Source: Amphiscolops sp. MND2022
Taxonomy: Eukaryota
Assembly (NCBI GenBank): GCA_964187785.1
Contig: OZ076413.1
Span: forward strand, 44,208,001-44,268,000
DNA: 60,000 nucleotides
Direction: 5' to 3'
Positions 13,964-24,169 of this stretch are shown one piece after another; position 1 is the first letter of the stretch; each line of letters begins with the position of its first letter. Under the pieces are notes generated by a model. It made no database searches, was not told where the DNA came from, and worked only from the letters and a program-made list of their open reading frames with translations. The position numbers and the translations under genes are program-made.

Positions 13964-15832
13964 ATTACGATGGCGATTATTTCCTCAAAACGCGCATGGC
14001 AAAATCTGTGCTACACCACTGTCATTCTTTTTGAAAGTTGTAAAAAGTCACCATTTCATTAAGATTGATTGCTGAAGTCAGATTGAACGTGGTGTTTTAC
14101 AACGGAAATCTGCCGATCAATTTTATTGAAAAAAGTGAAATTTGATCACGCCTAACTAACTTCTCGAAGTTTAAAGGTCAAGTGAATAAAGACAGGGAAT
14201 CGCTGAGAACGTCATCGTGAAGTAATTCAACTCACTTCTTGAAACAAACAAAAAGAATATTAGGTGAAAACCTAACTGTTCACTGATTCTAATCAACTGC
14301 GGCTAAAATATGAGATATCTCATCTTTCAAGAGCCAGAAAATGTCCCGATAAATTGAAGTTTAGTCTTGCCTTAGCGTTATTTTAGTTCAAAGTTTTAGC
14401 TTCGGTATCAATAGAACAAAGTTGTTGACTGCTGTAGTAAATCAACTTCTTCCCAACATACCATCCCGAATTCCCTTCAACCTTATGCCTTGCAACGACA
14501 AACAGCCCCAATACCCCCACCCCGACATGACGTTTATGCACATGAACAAGTGGCAATCAGTACCAGGATAGATGCACCCAAATTGGGGAAAACATCAACG
14601 GTAGTCATTGATGAGGAAATACGGGAAGGGAGAATTGAATTTTGCATTCTAGGCGGCTTTCAGGTATAATTTTCCCCTTCACCGTGCGTATAATTTTCCA
14701 TGTAAAGCAGAGCTACTTCTGCGCGACTGTCGCGGCGGAGAAGAAATTAGATTAAAGTTAAATAAATTGAGCGATTGTTGAAATTTTGTCCGCGGGGATG
14801 GGCGTCAAAGTCTGGGTAATAACAAACCGGAAGGAAGTCCGAGTAATCCAATGCAGTCCACGCTTGGCTGATTGGATCGTCCCGAATTTTAACACCATTT
14901 TTGACCATCAGCTTGAATCTAGGAAAATGTGAAAGCCTTGATGGTAACAGAGAAGAAGGGAAAAGGTGCAGAAGTTAGAGATGAACAGGATTTAGGGGTA
15001 ATTTAATTGACCGGACTCTGCAAAATAAGAGCTTTTTGTCAGCTATCGGGCGGGCTTTCGGGAAGAAGCGGTCACTTCTTTCATCTGATAATGAGATTCA
15101 GTTCGGAAGTTTCTTTGAATGTGAGATTTTGTGAACTACTTTGAGATTTACTTCGAGCAAGTATTTATTTCAGCCTTCAGAAAAAACATGCAAGTCGAAA
15201 TGGAAAAGTAGAAACTATTGACATCTCCGCACACCTTGAATAAGAACATATAAAACTAAGTGAAGAGTCCTCTAAAAAATAAAGGATGGTGGTGTGGTGT
15301 ACGGTACTTGGTTTTTGATTTTCTTTTGATTTTCTGTCGTGGTTTATTTCTTACCATTGTCACGAATCTACGTTTAGATAATTAATGGGAAAACGACCAC
15401 ACGATGCTCTGTTTTCACCAACCTGAACTAGCCTACCCAAACGTTTTAGGGACAATTAAAAAAAGTTCTCAAGAATATTTCTAGATTCTGACGTGAACGC
15501 ATCACGATCGCACTTCGAGTGGCATTAATGGTCAACACGGGAAGGCTGTGCCGAATGTGGCGTGGCCAAACTTTTGTTTATAAGTCAGCTTATCTCTCCA
15601 ACAAACTGTTGCACCTCCAAAATATTGTTTTCTCGAGTTTTAGTGGAAGCTGAAAAGCCCAAAATGCAGAATGAGAGAATATATAATGAGCATGTGTACA
15701 TATGGTTGCAGTGAAATCCACTGAAAACTACTGAAAACTTGTTCTGAAAGTTTGGCTAAATCTACTAATGCGCAGGAAAAACTGTTGCGCCCGAGTCCAA
15801 CGCAGAATTCGATTCTCGCCATTTCATGAATG

Positions 15833-16179
15833 AACAAGACGCCCGCTAAGCACCGGGATATTTTACTCCCTTTTCGCCTTCATCACTTGAGTCATAGCTA
15901 TTTTGGGAGGGGAATAGGATCTAAATAATAAGATCTAAAATTTAGTGATCCCTTTAGATCTTATTCCCGTCCTGGAATTTTAGATCTTATTCCCTTTAGA
16001 TCTTAATCCCATTTTTACTTTAGATATTATTCCCATCTCAGTATGAAGGATGAAGGCTGAGCAGGGAGACTGAGTAAGTGGAGTGGAGTTGTACAAAGTG
16101 GAGTTTTGACAGAATTTGGAAAAAACGCAACACAGATGATGATTTTCCTCCCCCATTGAAAATGTGGGTCGGAAAATAA
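15833..16179 (-). mobile_element. Short DINE-1/HINE-like non-autonomous element, solo copy
   Basis: AACAAGACGCCCGCTAAGCACCGGGATATTTT at one end and TTTTCCTCCCCCATT...ATGTGGGTCGGAAAATAA (subTIR plus inverted repeat) at the other. Internal TTTAGATCTTATTCCC repeats; no TSD; A-rich flank. Confidence 0.75.
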
Positions 16180-16578
16180 AAAATTATGGATCCATACGAT
16201 AAATTAATGCCGTTTCCATGCATGGAATCGTATGGAACATTATAGTTCCATGCATGGAATTGCATGGAATTGCATGGAAACATTGCGTAATTTCTGTAAT
16301 TTTGTTCTAGGTACAAGTGCAATAAAAACTCAAAATTTGTTCCTATGATCACAAGAATGAAACAGCTTGCACTCGATATTGTCCTGGTAATTACAATGTA
16401 TATTTTGAAAATGAAAAAAAAATCAACTAACTTAAAGATTATTTAAGGCAAATGTCATGATACAGCCTCTTCATTTTTGCCAAATTGTCATTGAATTTGT
16501 GGAGAAGAAAAAATGTCAGCTGATTGATTTATACAAAATCTCTTCAGTTGCCGAAAAATGTAAGCTCTAGAAATCATA

Positions 16579-16925
16579 GTACCCTTGTAGGTGTCATTTA
16601 AGTAAAGCTGCCTTAAAATGTATTCGTCGTGTCAGTGAACTGGTAGTTGGAAACATCGGGCTGTAAAAAGTATACTGTAAAAAAAAACAATTTTCCTTGT
16701 ATTTGTTCCCACGGACTCCCGATAAATACAAGGAAAATTTTTTTTCACAGTATACTTTTTACAGCCCGATGTTTCCAACTACCAGTTCACTGACACGACG
16801 AATACATTTTAAGGCAGCTTTACTTAAATGTAAAAAAGTGGAAACATATGTTTCCAACTACCAGTTCACTGATACGACGAATACATTTTAAGGCAGCTTT
16901 ACTTAAATGACACCTACAAGGGTAC
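16579..16925. mobile_element. Palindromic MITE with TA target-site duplication (Tc1/mariner-type signature)
   Basis: TA|GTACCCTTGTAGGTGTCATTTAAG...CTTAAATGACACCTACAAGGGTAC|TA. Arms of ~125 bp; the right arm carries a ~60-bp direct duplication. Confidence 0.85.
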
Positions 16926-16931
16926 TATATG

Positions 16932-17116
16932 TAGTCATGTGGTGTTCTGTATGAAATCAAATGAACGTTGTATGAACGTCTGTATGAAATGAATAGTTGT
17001 TATGATAACGTAGTCGAAAGTTACAGTTATAACTGTAACTTTCGACTACGTTATCATAACAACTATCTGAAATTGCACCACGTTTTTTTGATTTCATACA
17101 GAACACCACATGACTA
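16932..17116. mobile_element. MITE with 29-bp TIRs and a central 74-bp perfect palindrome
   Basis: TAGTCATGTGGTGTTCTGTATGAAATCAA (16932-16960) and its reverse complement (17088-17116). Perfect palindrome at 16993-17066. Confidence 0.8.
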
Positions 17117-17435
17117 TATACGTTTCATGCATAATATGTGTCCATGCATGGAAAGGCATGAATGAATGAATGTCATGGTTCCTTGTATGGAATTGGGATG
17201 CGGGACAAAACAGCCGATTTTAAAACAAGACGAAACAGCCGATTTTCAAAACGGAACAAAATGAGTGCTGTTACAGCCAATATGCATGGAACTTGATTTA
17301 TTTGAAGAGGTCCATACATATTTGTTGTATGGCTCCATTGCATGGTTGCATGGAGTTTTGTTGGCCATGTATGGTGTTGCTTGAAGCCTCATAAATTTGG
17401 ATCTGTGCTTTGGGTAATAACTGCCATAAACCTTC

Positions 17436-17573
17436 ACCACACTCGATGAGTATGTTTTTTCCCAATGTAAAAAATATTATTTGATGCTGGTAAGTTTAGT
17501 TTAGTTTACCACACTCTATGAGTATGTTTTTTCAATCTAAAAAATAATATTTGATGCTGGTAAGGTTCGGTTT
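17436..17573. repeat. Diverged ~72-bp tandem duplication
   Basis: ACCACACTC(G/T)ATGAGTATGTTTTT...ATTTGATGCTGGTAAG at 17436 and 17508. Confidence 0.8.
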
Positions 17574-19876
17574 AAATAGCAGTATGGGCACAAGTTCAAA
17601 AACAATTCAAATCAGGTTGCAATCGACATGTAGATATATTAGAACACAATTTTTATTTGTTGTTTTTCGGAGGAAATCAAATCGGTTAAAAAACTATATA
17701 AGAAACAGTTGTGATGGCTTGGAGTCTCTGAAATTCTACATTTCTCTTTAATACGAACTTCTGAATTCCCGGTATCATGTTTTGTCCTTCAATGATGTAA
17801 AAAAGGTGTCAACTGTCAAAAGTGCTTGTTTTATATAAAAACTGATAAAAATACGATTGATGTAACAAAGATCCCCGTTTGCATTGTGGTGGTATTATTT
17901 TTTGCAACCATATTTTCAACTCGCCAGGTTTGAAGTTTGAAGAGATAGAAAGCTTCATGCTACAAAACCTAATCACAATGTCGATTTCAAAACTTCTGAT
18001 AAAATTTTTCCACCATGTAAAATCGAAACTGTCATATTCGAACAAACCTTAGATTTTCTGTTTCAGTGAATTTCAAGAGCATAAAAAACAAACATTCGTG
18101 AGTTGAAAAAAGCATGAGTAGGAATTTAAGTGCCCTTTGTCGTTGACGGAAGGGAACTTCTTCTAATAGTTGCTTGTGTCAACTTACCTATCAACTTGCT
18201 AGGAGGGTATAAAGTACCCGTGAGTTTGACAGGTAACATTGCAGTGAACTGAAGCAACCATAGGAATAAAATAGGTGTCTGAAAACGCTGCTACGTTTTC
18301 GACCGAAGTAAAATAAGTTATAACCACTCTTCAATTACAGGAAACGAAGAAGTCAAAACAAATTTGCTCGTCAGCCAAGCAGAAAAAAATGAAAAACAAA
18401 CCATTATCTTCAACTTCTCAAATAAACGCAATTAAAGGTTACTTGTCCATCCGCTTTTAACTATTATAAGCGTTTTTAGAAAAAAATCATTTTTTGTCCT
18501 ATTCGATAAACTTTAAATGTAGATAACTTTAAATGTTAACGAAAATCGCATTTGGAACGAAAGGCGGTCTCTCATTTTTGTCTTTTTTGACAGAAAGAAT
18601 AAGAAAATCTTGATAAGGCCTGCACTTGAAAGTTTGTCCCAGATGAAATGCAGTGGGAAAGTGCACCTTTTGAGTCGGCAAAAATAGTGGAAAATTTCTT
18701 ATCTAGGAAAGGTGTAAAATAATAATAATAAGATGTGAGAAAGAGGGAAGGTTGATGCACAAGCAAGTTGTGTGAACAAAAATGTGAATTTTTAGTCATC
18801 AGAAGAACGGCTTCAAAGTTGATCAGCTGGGCAGGTACTTTGTTAGTTGTTTGTTCACAAGTGATAGAATTGTTCGCATTCAAACAAAGACCTTCGCATG
18901 CTGGCACAAACTGTGCAGGAAATTGATTGATCAAGGGCGAACTTCGTGTCCTATACTTCAGCTAGACAGCTCTTGTCATCAAATATTTTTTCCAACTTTT
19001 GAGAAATCTTTTTACATCTCAAGACACGTAGACACGTAAGTTGCGCAAAGTCAAGTTCAGGTGTGACTACAAATTGGAATCAGAATGCGCAGACAAAACT
19101 AAGCCTCCAAGTGGCGAAATTGAAACATCTTTTCGGGCCAATGGCTCCCTTTTACCCTTTGATGTAGTTATCTCACAAAAAATGTCATAAAATGCCCTTG
19201 CCGAGTGGGAATTGAGAAATGGAGACAAGTAAAAGATATTCTGCATGAACTTTATACGTGCTTGCTCCATGGAACCGAAAATTTCTTCTGAAGATTATAT
19301 TTCGAATTAAATTTATGATTTTATGTTGACATATGGATTCCAGTGGAAAATTCTAAATATACTAGAACCACCATTCTATTTCAAGTTTCGTTATCGAATT
19401 ATTATGTGAAGTTAGCTATATAGATATATCTTCTTTTGAACTCTGAATCCCATAAATTTTTGAATCCTGAAGCTGGACGCCTGAGGATGAAATATTCCAA
19501 AAAAGAACAAATACACCAGCACAATTTTTCTAAACTTAAACACGTGAAATTTACTGTAGATTTTTTTTCAAATTATGATTCAACCAAGAGAAAATGTTCT
19601 GAAGTCTATGAAACATTTCAAAACCACTGAACAAATTTCAATAAGAAACCTGTTGATCATCGGCAATTTCAACAAGAGTCGTCAATGGTTTACCATAAAA
19701 GCTCAATCGGTGCATTGTTTCTTTCAGTTGGTAAAGATTATTTTGCAATTTTCAAGATTAACTTTTTTAATGTCAGTCGTTTCATACAATTCACATGCAA
19801 TAGTACTTGAAAATAATGTGAAGGTTAAGTATAATGGTTAAGGTGGTTGCGCTCATTGCAGAGATCTTCAAAATTA

Positions 19877-22393
19877 AACAAGACGCCCGCTGACCAGCAG
19901 GATATTTTCCGTCCAAACTGTTTTGGCAATGACATATTTTGACGGTCAAGAGTAGCCAATGCATTATCAAAATGCATAGAAAATTAAAAAAATCGACACT
20001 TTTTGATTAATGTCATCCCATTTCAAAGGGAAACACTTACTTCAAGAACAAACTGAATAACTAATCGTTTTGTTGTTAAATTGTTTAGATACCCATCTCT
20101 AACAGCTAAATAAATAAACGCCCGAATTTAGAAGTTTCTCGTTTATGTGGAGATTTTTTTCCACTGTTTTGGGGTCATTTTGAGGCTCTTTTTTAACGTG
20201 AAACTGCAATTGACTTCGAACAACTCACTGTAAAACGCACAAGCTGGCTGTTAAAAGTTTTAATTCTTCTAACAAACGAAATTCTACAGATATTTGAAAA
20301 ACTTCCGAGATGAACTTGAAATTCGGAAACTATTTTGATTTTTCGACTTTTTGGTCATTTTGAGAAATTTTTCTACCCTAAAATTTCTTCAAAACAGCCA
20401 ACTGGATATCAACCGCAATCATTGTTTAACATTTTGAATTGTAACCTTCGAAACGTTACAGCCATTTCTCATAATTTGCATAAAAACGTTAAGAAAATTG
20501 AATTTTTCTGTTTTTCGACATACTTAGATCATTCTGAAGTGTCTTCGAAGCAAACCACTGCATATTATCCTTCAAAATAGCATACTGCACAGCCAGTTTG
20601 TTCGTTTTTGAGTGTCTTGAAGCTTCTAGCCACAAAACCTTTCAAAAATTGTACACAAACAGCAGCGAAAACGACAGGATTTTGATATTTAGCGGTGAAA
20701 TAGAGGCATAATTCTCATGATACCTTACATTCACTTTTTCAAAAAGTTTCACTGGACAATATATTAAAATATTAATTCAATGTTTCAAAGTTCTAACTTA
20801 CGAACTTTTTTGTGTTAAAGACGTCAAAAATTTTTGATTTTTTGGTTGTTCTTGGGTTATATTGAGGCTCTTTTCGAACATAGTACTGCAATTGATTTTC
20901 AAAAAGTCTACTCTACATTGCGTTTAATTGCTGTTGAATGGTTTCAATTTTCTAATATACGATATTTACGATGTTTCCAACAAAAGTCGTTTTTCGGAAA
21001 AGGTTTGGATTTTCGACTCATTTCTTCCAAGAAAACTGCAAAGATTCTTTAAAACGCGTACAGCATAGCTTGATAACGCATCACACAATCACTAAAATTG
21101 TCAAATTGGCAAAAAAGGGGAAATTTTCGATATTTTATACTTTTTTGGTTCATTATAAGACATTTTCCAAACACAAATTGGCAAATACCTCTCAAAAAAG
21201 CCAACTGGACTTGTTGAGGCACAATTCTAACCTCGAAACGTTTCGAAAAATTCACAGCCGTTGCACAAAAACGTTCAAAAGTTAATTTTTTCTTTTTTCC
21301 GACTCACTTGTGTCGTTTTGAAGTATTTCTGATTTAAAACACTCTAATTTTCTTATCGAAAAGGGACACTACATACCTGATTCTTTCGCTTTTGATTGTT
21401 ATTGTTTCGAACCTACTAACTCACAAAATTCTCAAGAAATTGTACTCAAAATACATGAAGCTACATAACCTGCAAAATTTTGGATTCAGTAGTTTCAGAA
21501 ATCTAACTTATGAAAACGTTGACAATTTTACGATGATTGTGTTGGAAAATGGAAATTTCTAAAAATTTTTTTTTACTTTTTTGTGGTCTTTGTTTGTTCA
21601 TACGAAACTGCATTCATCTCCCCGAACAATCCTATTGGACAACGAATTCACTCGTTGTTGAGAATGTTTTCATTGCTCTGATTCATAAAGTGGTTGAAAA
21701 TTTGACAAAAGGTGCATCAACTATGAAAAATTGGTATATTTTGGAGTTTTTGTCATTTTGGGTTGCACTTCGAACCATTTTTCATCAAAAACTGCGTTTA
21801 TATCCTAACAAAAGCCTACCAGACAACGACTTCTTTCCTTGTTGAACGTCTTTAACAATCAAGCCACCAATTTTTCCGAAAAATAGACAAAAGTTGCATG
21901 ATACTGTTAAAAATCTTAATTTTTTTGAACTTTTGTCAATTACAGTCTGAATTTGAGGCATTTTTTTCTATACAAATTTCATTTATACCTTCGAAGAAGG
22001 CTCTTGGACAACGAAATCTTTCCCTGTTGTTTTTAATTTTCTAAGCAAATAAGTTCATCAAAGAAATTGACAAAAATTGCATGAAAACGTTAAAAATCTG
22101 AACTTTTTGGATTTTTTTCAATTTCGGTCTCAGTTTGAGGCATTTTTTAATTGAAAAATTGCATTTATTGCCTCGAAAAAGCATCTTCATAACGAAATGT
22201 TTCCCTTTAGAACGTTTTCAACCTTCTAAGCCACAAAATATATCGGAAATTTGAGAAAAATTGCATAAAAACGTTAAAAATTGGAAAATTTTGCAGTTTT
22301 GACTATTTTTTGGGTCAGTTTTGGGTCATTTTGGGGTCTTTGGGTTTGATTTAAATATTTTCCTTTTTCAAATGAAATATGGACGGAAAATAA
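19877..22393 (-). mobile_element. Long DINE-1/HINE-like element (~2.5 kb) with ~183-bp internal tandem subrepeats
   Basis: AACAAGACGCCCGCTGACCAGCAGGATATTTTCCGTCC at the start and TATTTTCCTTTTTC...ATATGGACGGAAAATAA at the end. Subrepeats at about 21881, 22063 and 22247. Confidence 0.75.
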
Positions 22394-22704
22394 TAAAAAT
22401 ACTGTCATAAAAAAACAACTAACACAATTGTAGTTGTGTTTTCCGCGCATGTTTCGAATAATAAATGTATTGAAATTAAACGGAAAAATAGTTGCTCTTC
22501 AACGCAAGCAGGAGCATTTCAAAATTGGTTTCAATTTTCATATTTCTCCAGGCTATCGTCAAAAAGAATACAGGGGTATTTCTTGCAAGATTCAACACGT
22601 CGATGGATATTGATTGAAGCCGTAAAGGTGACAATAAAACGAAACTCACAAGACATGCTGGGCGAGCCTCGAACATGAAGGTTGAATAGTTTGATAAATG
22701 CCTG

Positions 22705-22934
22705 AAGCTGAGTTTTCAAAGTGACTTGCTCAAGGTCACAAAAGTGTGACTGCTTACCCTTGCTCTTTTTGTTTTTGCTTTTCTCCGCCAAATGCGTTAT
22801 TTTTTGTCATTGACCATACCACTAAGCTAGGGATGAAGGACTTGCTTAAGGCCCAACTATGGTGAGTTGAGAGAGATTCGAACCTGATACACCCCAGTAC
22901 AAGCCGAACACTATAACCACTACGCCATGCTCCC
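22705..22934 (-). mobile_element. tRNA-derived SINE with CORE-like motif
   Basis: Minus strand: GGGAGCATGGCGTAGTGG (A box, 22917-22927), GGTTCGAATC (B box, 22875-22884), then TGTGACCTTGAGCAAGTCACTT resembling the MIR/CORE-SINE motif. Homologous segments at about 38745, 39608 and 52394. Confidence 0.75.
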
Positions 22935-23067
22935 ATTTCGCCATGCTCTCATTTCGCCATGCTCCCATGTCGCCATGCTCCCATTTCGCCATGCTCCCAT
23001 TTCGCCATGCTCGCATCTCGCCATGCTCTCATTTCGCCATACTTCCTGTACGCCATGCTCCCCTTTT
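22923..23067. repeat. 16-bp minisatellite (CGCCATGCTCCCATTT) x9
   Basis: Nine consecutive units visible; the first overlaps the SINE 5' end. Confidence 0.95.
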
Positions 23068-24169
23068 CGTTTTCATCTATTTTTTGATGAAAATAGAGTT
23101 GATAAATTGCGCAACGCCAGCTGAGATTGAATGCTGTTTTTAGTGATTTTAGTCGTCGCTTTATGTAACAAAAATGCCCCACTCTTACAGTGGCAAGTTT
23201 TTTATAAGATGAAGTAATACATCATTAAATGTCAACTTTTTTTTACAATCTTCCAGCCTCAGAGCCATAAAGTACAATAAGAAGCCGAAGGGCCCACCCA
23301 TGAAGATTTCACAGTACTATATGATTCTCGAAAAAAGTCATTATGAGCCCAAAATATTACCTCATTGGTCTTTTCCAGCTTTCACCAAGATGGTCTTTCC
23401 TCCAGTGTCCTTTACCCTTCGAGTCTTCTCTCGAAAGTTTCTTTCTAAGTATTTGAAAAAACATGTAAGAGCAAAACTTACAGACTTGTGTGAAGGAAAT
23501 TGTATTGACACACTACAAGGTCTACCAAGACTAACTCTAGCTTTCGAACCGTCTCAAGTTGCTCTCATTCCTGTGAAGTAAACAATGCACATTTTAATTG
23601 CTTCTTCATATACAAGTCCAAACTTAAAAAATTCATCTCTAGTTAGTTTAGTTGTGGTGATTTTCCAACTCATGAAATGAAAGTTTTAGTACTGGTGAGG
23701 GCGAATCTAGGACTTGCGAGGATAAAAGTTCACTAGCAAAGATTGGTTCAGGACTTTCAGAGTCCTTTTCAGTCAATCAAACGCAATCCTTGGCTTTCCT
23801 AGAATTCACGCATTGTCTGAACGGGAATGTAGCACTTTGCAAGATTTTCTAAAGAAATTTTGCGAGCTTGTGGTATTCGATTGTAACTCAAGGACTTATT
23901 GTACATTCATGTAGGTCATACGTTTTAGAAAAGCTGGAAAGGAAACTATCTGCCAACAAGTCTCAGTTATGATTGAGTTTTTGAATACTTCCAATGAATG
24001 TTTGGGTACACGTGGCGATCTCTCTTTTGACGGAAATATAGCACCAAAACAAACGTCATCATGTTAATCGTATCAGTTTGGAACACTAATTCTGCTAAAG
24101 TTCCGACTGTTAATAATTTCAGTCCCTATTTAATATGGGAAAAGAAATATTTAAATCAGAAGCGTTTTT

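Larger units (their letters stand above)
16207..17159. mobile_element. Putative TIR element with CCATGCATGG subrepeats, hosting nested MITEs
   Basis: Left ATGCCGTTTCCATGCATGGA versus right TCCATGCATGGAAAGGCAT (inverted, 1 indel). Repeated (T)GCATGGAA motifs at 16215-16280. Confidence 0.45.

Noticed and set aside
14450..15070. GC-richer segment as exon or decayed retroelement
   Set aside because: Only a <60-aa open frame with no recognisable motif.
18572..18934. 120-aa minus-strand ORF
   Set aside because: Non-ATG start and no recognisable domain; cannot be supported without expression or homology data.
22860..22934. Functional tRNA gene
   Set aside because: A and B boxes are present but acceptor and anticodon stems pair poorly, and it continues into a multicopy SINE body.
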